From the NCBI GenBank assembly GCA_002269645.1, contig NIVC01002811.1:1-64000 (forward strand): a stretch of 64,000 nucleotides of DNA, in the 5' to 3' direction. Source of the stretch: Macrostomum lignano. Taxonomy: Eukaryota. Below, piece after piece: positions 25,935-37,236 of the stretch. A program made the position numbers and the translations under genes. Below the pieces are notes generated by a model. The model searched no databases and was not told where the DNA came from. It was given only the letters and a program-made list of their open reading frames with translations. Position 1 is the first letter of the stretch. The number at the start of each line of letters is the position of its first letter.

Positions 25935-26556
25935 TGCTGATTTCTAGGCAAGTAAGGCTTGAATTAGACTGAGCAAGCTGACTGAGAGAAAGCCAAAGTC
26001 CCCGCCTTGACAGACTGGGACAGGCAGAGCCCCCCCAGAAGCGGTATTTATGCTGGCTGTTTCAGCATGAGATCGGCATCGCGATACTTGCGCTTGGACA
26101 GCTCCGGCAGATTGATTGGATCAGCGGCCGATTAAAATATTTTCTACTAAGATGGGTTTGCAATGGGCGCATGCCGGTCCAAATTTGGTAGTCTGGCTAT
26201 TCGTCCGATTCCTTGCAAAGCGAGGCGTGGAATTGATTGACCATTTTTTACAACCTCCATTGTTAACTGATTTCAGCTTTTAATCACCTCTTAACAATGC
26301 AGCTGCAGCCGATTGGAAAGATACAAATCGGATTTTTATGGCCGCACGAGAGCTGCTGCTGCTGCAACCTTCGCAGTCCCAGTGGAGAACGCTGTTGAGC
26401 CTTCAGGCTCAAAAGATTTGGTTCAAGATTAGAACGAACGAAGCCTTCAGAGTTGAATTGAATTCAATTCTATATTGAAATCTCTTGTCGCGGATTTTCC
26501 ATTTTTGTAAGAATCTCTTTCTTTTGAGCAGGAAATTCAGCATAAATATATATACA

Positions 26557-26581
26557 TGTGTGTGTGTGTGTGTGTGTGTGT
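26557..26581 (+). repeat. (TG)n microsatellite
   Basis: About 12 TG units. Confidence 0.95.
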
Positions 26582-26680
26582 AATTAAATCTATTTATCTC
26601 AGCACTCACAAATATTCGGCAATCACCGAGAGCTGAAAGATTTACGCTCGTACAAACAATCGCGAGCCACGAGAAGACTG

Positions 26681-26798
26681 ATGGTAAGCAGTGCTTACTA
26701 TGGCCCAACTCAACTTTCTGCCCACCAGAGTAAATTAAATTCTATGGCTAAATTGGTAGTATCCGTTCTTGCCGGATATGGTAAGCACTGCTTACCAT
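26681..26798. repeat. Pair of 21-bp palindromes ATGGTAAGCA(C/G)TGCTTACCAT; third copy at 29133-29152
   Basis: 26681-26701 (one mismatch) and 26778-26798 (perfect 10-bp arms around a 1-nt centre); 20 nt identical again at 29133. Confidence 0.85.
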
Positions 26799-27206
26799 GA
26801 GTATTCTAGGCTTTCTTGTTTTCTGACAATTATAGGCTTTGCATTCTACATTCTTAATTGTTTCGTCAGTAACGTTTCTTAGTGCTTTGGTTCAAAAACA
26901 CACATTTTGTTCGAAGAGGCTTCAATAAAGTTTGAAATCGAGTTTACTAATAACAGAGTTAAACAACAAAAACGAGAATGAAAAACCTGATAATATTCTG
27001 GCTGATCGAACTTACTGCGCATACAGAGCGTACGGCTCGTGCACTACAGAAACTATAACTAGTGAAACTAATATAAATTATCAAGAGTTGGGAACTAATA
27101 TGAGCTAAAGACAAGAGCCAAAAACAGTAACAGAAAGGATGAAAACTTTAGTTTTAGCGGAAAATGAGTCCATTCTGCCGATGCTCGTACTTTAACGCTG
27201 CGAATG

Positions 27207-28345
27207 TCAGCGTTGGAAGCAATCTAACAAACAAAGTCCCGGGCATCTTGGACATCGGCTGCAGAAATAAACTGTGCGCCGGGAACTGGCAGAACTGTAG
27301 CACATTCTGCACCTTTTCGTAGGTCTGGGCTGGGTAGGACGACCTGGGATTTTCTCCGGAAAATGCTGCTCAGGGACTGCAACTGTTTGCAGCATGGAAG
27401 CCGGTCGCTTCCTGCCATTTCCAGTTCGCTCTATCAAATCACGGATGCTGGCTTCGAGATATCTGATAAAAGTATTCTGGCCACCACACTTGCAGTACAG
27501 AACCCAAGCGTTGCGCACCATTTGAGGGCAGGTATGCAAACCCAGCTTGTGGAACCATTTCGTTGTCTTTCTGCCGGCATCATAGGGCTGCAGGGTGCCG
27601 TCCAGCGTGTCCACTCCACCCATGCAGCGATTGTAAGTTAGCACACTGCGGCTCTTCTGCACTGCCACATGCTGACCAGCTCGATTGATCTTGACTTTCT
27701 CTGCCTTTGACGCAACGTCCTTCGTGTCCAGCAAATACAAGGTCTTGACTCCACTCTGCTTTCTCTCGACAGCCTTCACAATCAGAACACGTCCCTTCCT
27801 CGCGAAAGCTACATTATTCGGAACCACTAAAGCCTGCCGAAGCTGAGCCGGAACTCCTCGGTCTGGCCTCACGGTGCCCGTCAAGAACGTTGAATGGTCG
27901 ATAAGGAACTGGGACAACCTGTATGATGTAAACCAGGTGTCGGTAAATATTCTGTACCCCTGGTCCAGAATGTCCTTGGCCAGCTCAGCTACGATTCGCT
28001 CACTGAGAGAAAGATGTTCCCAGTCGTGTGTGGAGCCAAACTTCCGATTTTCTTCTGGAGTTGAGTGCACAAGGAAACTGAAGAGATAAGCAGACTTCGA
28101 CTCATACAGACAGTACATTTTCATGTACTGACAATGACAAGTCGCCAAACATTCTTAACTTCAGCAGCATCGCCATCTGCAAACTCCTGTTCTTCCTCGC
28201 CGTCAGGCCCTTCTATGGTTGGAGGATTGCCATCCAGTGCTTCTTCGCCAACCTCCTCGCCAGGCTCCTCGTCTATTGTTAAGTAGGAGTCGAGGCTTGC
28301 TTCACTGTCAGAGGTCATGTAGTCGATCTCAGAGGCAGAAGCCAT
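27207..28345 (-). mobile_element. piggyBac-like (PGBD4-type) transposase, internally deleted
   Basis: Acidic N-terminus MASASEIDYMTSDSE.. (ATG 28345) joined directly to MKMYCL..GYRIFTDTWFTS..TGTVRPDRG..YNRCMGGVDTLD..RKTTKWFHKL and a C-terminal Cys-rich domain (CRMC..CSRC..LCLLDCF). The region holding the first catalytic Asp is missing. A TTAA lies about 11 bp past the stop. Confidence 0.92.
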
Positions 28346-28466
28346 GTACTTTAGGATATCAGTGAGTAAATACTGTGTAAAATTTAGCGAGAAAACAGGT
28401 AAAGTGGCTCGCTTGATGAAAAGTAGATAAATAAAGGTAAATATCAACATGAAGTATTATTTGAGT

Positions 28467-28510
28467 TGCCGATGCATTTCGTCCATTTGCATTAGGACAT
28501 CGTCAGGGTC
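28467..28510 (-). ncRNA. Minimal type I hammerhead ribozyme motif (inverted copy)
   Basis: Reverse complement of the 28791-28834 motif, in the left arm. Confidence 0.68.
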
Positions 28511-28790
28511 TTTTTATTGAGAAACAATTTGAACGAATATTCAGTATATATAGATAGTTGAGAGTAACAAGAGTAGTTGAATTGAGTTTTTAATTGATGG
28601 TTTAAAACTTGTACATAGTAATCAATTTTTGATACAGTATTGGTTGGGTAAAGTGCATATCAGTTTCAAGCCAGTCCGGTCATTGACACCAAGTTTTAAA
28701 CCATCAATTAAAAACTCAATTCAACTACTCTTGTTACTCTCAACTATCTATATATACTGAATATTCGTTCAAATTGTTTCTCAATAAAAA

Positions 28791-28834
28791 GACCCTGACG
28801 ATGTCCTAATGCAAATGGACGAAATGCATCGGCA
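28791..28834 (+). ncRNA. Minimal type I hammerhead ribozyme motif
   Basis: CUGACGA (28795-28801), U, stem II GUCC/UAAUGCAAAU/GGAC, GAAA (28821-28824), palindromic stem III A-UGCA-U, C17 at 28830. Only 2 bp of stem I are evident. Confidence 0.68.
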
Positions 28835-29383
28835 ACTCAAATAATACTTCATGTTGATATTTACCTTTATTTAGCGAGAAAAGGCTAACAAACAAGACGG
28901 TAAGAGTGTTGCTGTAAGAAAGCTAGTTTTACTACAAAGGGGACTTGCTGTCTGTGCACAGATTTCTATTGTGAGCAGCGCATACCAAGCAGGCAGCAAG
29001 TGAAACTGTTCTATTGGCTAAAGCAGTAGTGCTGTTCATTTCCTTTCCGTCTAGCGCGTCAGTTTGAGCCAAGCTGGATCAGTATGTCTAGCCGGCAGGA
29101 ATGGAAGTGACATGCTATGCCAGAAAATATCTATGGTAAGCACTGCTTACCAAGCAGTCGGGAACAGACAAATTATGGATTCTGGTTAGGCAGGAAGAGG
29201 TTTTAAAGTGTCAATAAAATCAGAAAATTACTCGGCTGGCTAAAAGTTTAAATTGGGCTGAATGACTTCAAAAAACCTGTTTCAATGGTCTGTATTTCAT
29301 GAAGCTGTAAATAGAGCCATAAATGCCATTCAATCAGGTCAAACCAATTATAATTAGCAAAGCTGGTCGGTACGCTCCGATGC

Positions 29384-32300
29384 TTATGATGCCAGGAGGT
29401 GTCCCACAGGCCCAGCCTCCTCCACAGACTGATGGCTGGCGCAGGCGCGGCACCGCAACTGCGGACAGCTGCGCAGGTCTGGCAGGCTGCGGGCCTGGCC
29501 AGCAACTCGCCACTGCCAGTTCTCGCCGTCTGGCGGCGGCGACGGCGATGCGGCGTCCGCAGCCAGCTGGCGTTGCGGCAGCGTAGCAGCTGCCAGGCCC
29601 AGCCGCTGTGTGCAGCAACGACGCAGTAACAGAGCCGACGGCGGACGCCTTCTCCGCCTGGCGACGCCGTTATCGCCGCCGCGATCCGCCGCCCCGGTCG
29701 ACCGGCCGCACCAGTTAAACCGGCGGACAATGCGCCAGGCGCGCAGGAAGTTGGACTTGCGCAGCAGGATGTACAGCCAGGGATCCAGGATCTGGTTGAT
29801 GCTTGCCAGGTGGACGGCGGAGAGGTCGCGTGCGCAGTCAAAGCGCGACTGCAGCAGCGAGTTGAGCACAAGGCGGATCTACGAAGAAATTCAAGGTTTC
29901 ATTTTCTTTAATTTAGCTAATTGAAACGGTGCGAAACTATCGCGAATTTAGTCGTAAAGAGCGAAGAAAGGGAGACATGTGGGAGACGGAGATGGGGAGA
30001 CAGGGAGACGGGTGGGAGAGGGAGAGATGGAGACAGGTGGGAGAGGGAGACATGGAGACAGGTGGGAGAGGGAGACATGGAGACAGGTGGGAGAAGGAGA
30101 GAAGGAGATAGATGGAAGAGGGAGACATGGAGACAGGTGGGAGAGGGAGAGAAGGAGATAGATGGAAGAGGGAGACATGGAGACAGGTGGGAGAGGGAGA
30201 CATGGAGACAGGTGGGAGAAGGAGAGAAGGAGATAGATGGAAGAGGGAGACATGGAGACAGGTGGGAGAGGGAGACATGGAGACAGGTGGGAGAAGGAGA
30301 GAAGGAGATAGATGGAAGAGGGAGACATGGAGACAGGTGGGAGAGGGAGACATGGAGACAGGTGGGAGAAGGAGAGAAGGAGATAGATGGAAGAGGGAAA
30401 CATGGAGACAGGTGGGAGAGGGAGACATGGAGACAGGTGGGAGAGGGAGACATGGAGACAGGTGGGAGAGGGAGACATGGAGACAGGTGGGAGAGGGAGA
30501 CATGGAGACAGGTGGGAGAAGGAGAGAAGGAGATAGATGGAAGAGGGAGACATGGAGACAGGTGGGAGAGGGAGACATGGAGACAGGTGGGAGAGGGAGA
30601 CATGGAGACAGGTGGGAGAAGGAGAGAAGGAGATAGATGGAAGAGGGAGACATGGAGACAGGTGGGAGAGGGAGACATGGAGACAGGTGGGAGAAGGAGA
30701 GAAGGAGATAGATGGAAGAGGGAGACATGGAGACAGGTGGGAGAGGGAGAGAAGGAGACAGATGGAAGAGGGAGACATGGAGACAGGTGGGAGAGGGAGA
30801 CATGGAGACAGGTGGGAGAGGGAGACATGGAGACAGGTGGGAGAGGGAGACATGGAGACAGGTGGGAGAGGGAGACATGGAGATAGATGGAAGAGGGAAA
30901 CATGGAGACAGGTGGGAGAGGGAGACATGGAGACAGGTGGGAGAGGGAGACATGGAGACAGGTGGGAGAGGGAGACATGGAGACAGGTGGGAGAGGGAGA
31001 CATGGAGACAGGTGGGAGAGGGAGACATGGAGACAGGTGGGAGAGGGAGACATGGAGACAGGTGGGAGAAGGAGAGAAGGAGATAGATGGAAGAGGGAGA
31101 CATGGAGACAGGTGGGAGAGGGAGACATGGAGACAGGTGGGAGAGGGAGACATGGAGACAGGTGGGAGAGGGAGACATGGAGACAGGTGGGAGAAGGAGA
31201 GAAGGAGATAGATGGAAGAGGGAGACATGGAGACAGGTGGGAGAGGGAGACATGGAGACAGGTGGGAGAGGGAGATAGATGGAAGAGGGAGACATGGAGA
31301 CAGGTGGGAGAGGGAGACATGGAGACAGATGGGAGAGGGAAACATGGAGACAGGTGGGAGAGGGAGAGAAGGAGATAGATGGAAGAGGGAGACATGGAGA
31401 CAGGTGGGAGAGGGAGACATGGAGACAGGTGGGAGAGGGAGACATGGAGACAGGTGGGAGAGGGAGACATGGAGACAGGTGGGAGAGGGAGATAGATGGA
31501 AGAGGGAGACATGGAGACAGGTGGGAGAGGGAGACATGGAGACAGGTGGGAGAGGGAAACATGGAGACAGGTGGGAGAGGGAGAGAAGGAGATAGATGGA
31601 AGAGGGAGACAGCTGTAAATTATTAGAAAGCTATAAGTAGTAATTGTTGATATCAGATATTTATCAGCCACATTAGGTTGTAAAAATGAATAAATTAGGC
31701 AAAATATATGATGAATATCATGAAATATGATGCATAATCGGCAGAATGAACGATAGCACTGCAAGTAAAGCAGAGTTGGGCGCGGTTAGCGTGCAATCAG
31801 GAATTCATTCAGTGCATTACTCATTTATTCAGTGATTTATCGCTGCAACACCTATATTACCTGAATCAGAGAATTACATATCACACTTTAAATATTTTAT
31901 ATTTCATACATTAATACTTGTATCTTCCGAGACAGCTACTTCCAGTAGCCAAGCAGAGTAAAAAACTCGCTTTTTAAAAGCACAGGAACTTATAGGAATT
32001 GGAGTACTTAATAAACTTTAATTTTCACTAGCAAAGAGCTTCTAAGGCTCATTTTAACCTGGTAGGTACAAACACCATCGGTCGTTTAAGTATAAAATAC
32101 CATAAAGACCCTTCGCTTACTATGAGTAATATTCCTGCGGTAGATATTTTTAGCTACCCAGAAGAACAAAGTACAATACAACGCAATAAATACTGTTGGC
32201 TCAAAATTTTCGAATCGAATTATACATGCTGACTTACTGTAAAATTCAAACGAATAATTAAAGATTTTGGCTGCGCTGAATGACGGGTTGAAAATTTTTC

Positions 32301-35300
32301 GTTAACCCTCGGTTGGGAAGTGAAGTGTGAAGTAAGTGGCTCATTAGATTGATACTCCGCTCTGCATGGAAGACCCATTGAATATGGAGAATAGCTAGGA
32401 AGGACATTAGGGAATGAATCTTATATTCTTTACGGTTTTGTAGCTCATATTTGTGCACTTTTGGGTTAAAGTAGTCTGAGAAAGCAGTAAATTTGAGATA
32501 GAAAAGGCTAGAACTAGGTGGGTGGGAGAATGAGAGGGAAAGAGGGAGACAGCTGTGAGACGAAGACAGGTGGGAGAGGGAGACAGGTGGGAGAGGGAGA
32601 CAGGTGGGAGAGGGAGACAGGTGGGAGAGGGAGACAGCTGTGAAAGGGAGACAGGTGGGAGAGGGAGACGGGTGGGAGAGGGAGACAGGTGGGAGAGGGA
32701 GACAGCTGTGAGAGGGAGACAGGTGGGAGAGGGAGACAGGTGGGAGAGGGAGACAGGTGGGAGAGGGAGACAGGTGGGAGAGGGAGACAGGTGGGAGAGG
32801 GAGACAGGTGGGAGAGGGAGACAGGTGGGAGAGGGAGACAGCTGTGAAAGGGAGACAGGTGGGAGAGGGAGACAGCTGTGAAAGGGAGACAGGTGGGAGA
32901 GGGAGACAGCTGTGAGAGGGAGACAGGTGGGAGAGGGAGACAGGTGGGAGAGGGAGACAGGTGGGAGAGGGAGACAGGTGGGAGAGGGAGACAGGTGGGA
33001 GAGGGAGACAGGTGGGAGAGGGAGACAGGTGGGAGAGGGAGACAGGTGGGAGAGGGAGACAGGTGGGAGAGGGAGACAGGTGGGAGAGGGAGACAGGTGT
33101 GAGAGGGAGACAGCTGTGAGAGGGAGACAGGTGAGAGAGGGAGACAGGTGGAAGAGGGACACAGCTGTGAGAGGGAGACAGCTGTGAGAGGGAGACAGCT
33201 GTGAGAGGGAGACAACTGTGAGAGGAAGAAGAAGACAGATAGGAGACAGGTGGGAGAGGAAGAAGAAGACAGATAGGAGACAGGTGGGAGAGGGAGACAG
33301 CTGTGAGAGGTAGACAGCTGTGAGAGGAAGACAGCTGTGAGAGGGAGACAGCTGTGAGAGGGAGACAGCTGTGAGAGGGAGACAGCTGTGAGAGGGAGAC
33401 AACTGTGAGAGGGAGACAGCTGTGAGAGGAAGAAGAAGACAGATAGGAGACAGGTGGGAGAGGGAGACAGCTGTGAGAGGTAGACAGCTGTGAGAGGAAG
33501 ACAGCTGTGAGAGGGAGACAGCTGTGAGAGGGAGACAGCTGTGAGAGGGAGACAGCTGTGAGAGGGAGACAACTGTGAGAGGGAGACAACTGTGAGAGGG
33601 AGACAACTGTGAGAGGGAGACAACTGTGAGAGGGAGACAGCTGTGAGAGGGAGACAGCTGTGAGAGGGAGACAACTGTGAGAGGTAGACAGCTGTGAGAG
33701 GAAGAAGAAGACAGATAGGAGACAGGTGGGAGAGGGAGACAGCTGTGAGAGGTAGACAGCTGTGAGAGGAAGACAGCTGTGAGAGGAAGAAGAAGACAGA
33801 TAGGAGACAGGTGCGAAAGAAGCTGTGACAGATGATGAAGACGGCATGAGAATGCTTCGAAGGTCGATTCAAGGACAAACCCAGTTGAGCTGCAGAATTG
33901 GTTGAAGCGGGCGGCAGCGCAGCATCCCCTCAGCATTTGAATCTGGTGTTTGCATTGCAAAGCCAATAAACTGTGCTCAGACCGTCTGGCGGTGCGCTGC
34001 AGAAAGAAATTTACAATTTGTCAACTTTGCCCCGAACGAGCTTGAGAGCAGGGAAAAGCAGCAACTGGAACAGAATTGGAGCAGAAGCCGCATTTTCGGG
34101 CCGCCAGCTGTAAATCAGAAGCAAAAATATTTTTTAACCCGGGTTTATTGCTTTGAAAGGCTCTTGCTACTGTTTGCTCTTCCATCCTGTGTTCGGCAAA
34201 TAAGAAGAGTTTGAAATCCTGTACCGGCTAAAGTGCGTTCTTTGATGCGAAACTGCTTGATAGTTTTGCCAAGAAACAGGACCAGGACCACATCAACTGG
34301 GAAACTTTTGCTCTGGGAGCATCTCGGAGGGATTCCAGGGAGAATCTCGGAGGGATTCCAGGGAGAATCTCGGAGGGATTCCAGGGAAAATCTTGAAGAG
34401 ATTCCAGGGAGAATCTCGTCGGGAATCCAGGGAGAATCTCGGAGGGATTCCAGTGAGAATCTCGGAGGGATTCCAGGGAGAATCTTGAAGGGATTCCAGG
34501 GAGAATCTCGGAGGGAATTTCAAGGAGAAGCTCTGGGGGGAATTCCATCAAGAATATCGGAGGGAATTTCAGGGAGAATTTCGGAAGTAATCTCTGGGGG
34601 AATTCCATCGAGAATATCGAAGGGAATTTCAGGGAAAGTCCAGGGAGAATATCAGAGACAATCTTAAAGGGAATCGCGGAAAATCTCAACGAATTGGTAT
34701 TTCAGCGAAATCTCAATCAATTTTCTCAGATTTCAAGGAGATTTCAGGGAATTTTGAGAGGAAAACCTAGAGGAGTATCTTTGGGAATATTGGGATCAAA
34801 GAGAGTGTTTAACATACACAATGCAACCTATGGACGCAGATCAGAGCCCTCACCATCAGCGGAGACCAGCAGAGGGCGAAGGATGCCGTGATGGCCACGA
34901 GGATGACCAGCAGCTGCACCTCCATGGCCCGCATGTACTTCGGCCGCGCCGCCCCGCGAAACGACAGCCTATCGTTGCCCCTGGCCATCGCCTTGCGGAC
35001 CCGCCGGACGGACAGCAGCCGCCAGATGACCCACAGGTTGCTGGCCACGATGAGCACAATGACGGCCACGTTCCACAGGCCCAGGCCCGCGGCGAAGGCC
35101 CGGTCGGCCGGACGTCCGGAACGCGAGTCGACGAAGCACCAGGTGGCCGGATACTGCAGCCGGTAGGAGCCCAGCCCGGCCAGGGGCAGGCAGGCCGTCA
35201 GCAGGGCCGCGCAGAGCAGGCCTAGCAACCACCTGGTCACGTGACACCTGCGCCTATTAGCCAGGCACAATAGCCGTTCAATCGACATGCAAAGTACTAG

Positions 35301-35693
35301 AAGGGGCTCGCCTAGAGACACGGTTGTCATGACAACCGCGTGAGCCTGGCAGGCCAGATCGCCGCCAGTCCAGACGAGGCGCAGCCGACGGGAGCTGGAG
35401 TTGTAGCTGCCCTGAGCGTACACGGCCAGCGGTGCACTTGAGGTGAGCAGCTGGGCCAGCAGGTCGGCGGCAATCAGGGCGGTGAGCAGTGAGTAGAACA
35501 GGCTGGTTCGGCCCGATTTCGCCGGCCGGCGACGCCGCAGCAGCACCAGCAGGGCGAGCAGGTTGCCGGCGGCGCCAACGAGGAAGAGGCTGAGGGTCGG
35601 CCAGATGTTCGCGCCGCTCTGGCTCGGCAGCTCGCAGACTGACAGCGAGGCGTTGCCGGCGTCCAACTGGCCGCCGCAGCAGGTGTCGGCCAT
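29384..35693 (-). CDS. Prostanoid (prostaglandin EP-type) receptor-like class A GPCR, two coding exons
   Basis: Exon 1 34854-35693: GNLLAL (TM1), DLLAQL (TM2), MSIERLL (TM3), GLGSYRLQYPATWCF (ECL2 signature), EVQLLVIL..CWSPLM. Phase-0 intron in TM6, as in prostanoid receptors. Exon 2 29384-29878: DLSAVHLASINQILDPWLYILLRK (DPWxY motif). Confidence 0.93.
29970..31612 (+). repeat. Polypurine 25-bp composite minisatellite (GGAGACAGGTGGGAGAGGGAGACAT)n in the GPCR intron
   Basis: Main unit interspersed with GGAGAGAAGGAGATAGATGGAAGA variants; source of all long ORFs at 29.9-31.8 kb. Confidence 0.98.
32519..33830 (+). repeat. Polypurine 17-bp minisatellite (GGGAGACAGGTGGGAGA grading to GGGAGACAGCTGTGAGA) in the GPCR intron
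   Basis: Core shared with the 25-bp array; source of the ORFs at 32.2-34.0 kb. Confidence 0.97.
34313..34790 (+). repeat. Degenerate ~23-bp repeat (GGGAGAATCTCGGAGGGATTCCA) in the GPCR intron
   Basis: Well conserved at 34313-34520, decaying toward 34790. Confidence 0.9.
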
Positions 35694-35916
35694 CGGTTTT
35701 GGCGGGTCGAACTGGAGAGCTGATTACGGGGTTGGATTGTCCATTAGCGTGGACTTCTAAAGCTATAAGTACCTGGACTGGAAGCACCACCGCCAAAATG
35801 GGAAGTTTAGTCCAGGCGCTATTTTTAGAAGTCCATGATAATAAAAGTTGAAAGCTTGTCGGTCTATAAGTTTTGCTCTACATGTCCATAGTATTTTAGT
35901 AGTCTTTGCATACAGA

Positions 35917-36227
35917 TTGCCTACAAGGGGTTGTAGCCTAGTGGTTAGAGCATAGGACTCACGACTGAAAGGTCGGGGGTTCGATTCCCGACCCACTGGA
36001 ACAATTTATATCCTTGAGCAAGACACTTAACTCTGCATTGCTTCAGTTCACCCAGCTGTAAAATGGGTGCCAGCATTAGCTGGGGTAATTGAGGCTGTGT
36101 GTGGCGACCCCCCAGTCCTTGGACTGAACAGCCGTACGCAGCCTTCAGATGCGCCGCGCAATAGCTGCGGCTGAGCTGTCGGTTGCACATTTGGCCCAAT
36201 TGGGGCAAGTGTAATCAATTCAAATAA
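35917..36227 (+). mobile_element. tRNA-derived SINE with a conserved central domain (CORE/Meta-like) and 11-bp TSD
   Basis: A box TAGCCTAGTGG and B box GGTTCGATTCC; central CCTTGAGCAAGACACTTAAC..CACCCAGCTGTAAAATGGG; direct repeat TTGCATACAGA at 35906-35916 and 36228-36238. Confidence 0.85.
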
Positions 36228-37236
36228 TTGCATACAGAACTTGCCATCAGTAGCCGTTAAGGACTTCTAAATTATACATACAAAATACTTGAGAATCGTG
36301 GAGTGAGTAGACCAGCAAGGATTTCGCTTTTATAAGTTTACATTTTCAGAAATCTCTGACTAATAAATGCGTGAAAAAGCCCAGGGCCCAAGTGCGTAAA
36401 AGTGCACCGGGCTGCTGTCTGTACAAACCTCGTGAGCGACCTTTCCTTGAATACAGCAGAGATGCTCCTTAGCCTACAGTGCAATTCTCTGACGCTCCGC
36501 ACTGCTATTGCAACAAAGGGCATATTGGTGAATTGGCAGTCACCTGTTCAGTGAGCTCTTTTCATGGTAGAGAGATTTCATGGCAGGCAGCTCAAGAGTG
36601 TGAAGGCTGGCCTTGAAGAAGTTTTCGTGTTTGCCATTGCTGGCGGAGCAAACACAGGCGCCCCGTCACGCATCCGAGGGATGGCCTGAGCCAAAATTCA
36701 AAAAGGCCTGTCTTCATCTCACTATCCAGCTGCCCCAGGCCTCCCAGTCAGAGAAGAATATTTTATACAACTAGAGAGGCACATGATTGAGAGAGACGAG
36801 AAGCAGGATAATTATGAGCATAGTTTTCCGCCAGAGTCTCCAGTTGCAGGCTGTAAGACGAGTTGATAATGGCCGCGGCGAGCATTAATTACGGGAGGCT
36901 TCTTTCCAATAGCAAAGCGGGAAAAGTGCGTTAAGTCTCGGGGCTCAATTTCGATCGAATTGTTGGTTTCTGCACCGTGGAAACTGGGCACCCCAACTCA
37001 AGACTTAAAACATGACAGTCGCTAATCCCCAAGTGCATGGAGGATTTCCAAGACGAGGAGGCATGGGAGCCCATGCCCATAGACAGCTCAATGCTCTGTT
37101 TAACCAGCTTGTTTATTCCCCATCAGGTCTCAAATACTCAGCTCGAGTACTTGCTATAGGAACCCATTATTATTCAATAAGCTAAAAGGTTGCTCTCTGG
37201 CTGTCTGTTGCCTTCTAGAAGTGTAGAAGAAGAGCT

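Larger units (their letters stand above)
28396..28868. mobile_element. 473-bp retroelement-like insert (Penelope/retrozyme-like) with inverted 184-bp arms and a 14-bp TSD
   Basis: ATTTAGCGAGAAAA at 28382-28395 and 28869-28882; 28428-28611 is the reverse complement of 28690-28873 (78-bp spacer); each arm contains a hammerhead core. Confidence 0.8.

Noticed and set aside
28428-28873. Interpretation of the inverted repeat as a TA-TSD Tc1-type MITE
   Set aside because: TA does flank the arms, but the 14-bp direct repeat, the extra 32 bp left of the arm and the hammerhead cores fit a retro-insertion better; not fully excluded.
29917-33966. Many long Ser/Pro/Leu- or Gly/Arg/Glu-rich ORFs
   Set aside because: Products of polypurine arrays inside the GPCR intron.
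35927-35996. tRNA gene
   Set aside because: A and B boxes are present, but the acceptor and anticodon stems pair poorly and the sequence continues into a SINE body with a TSD.
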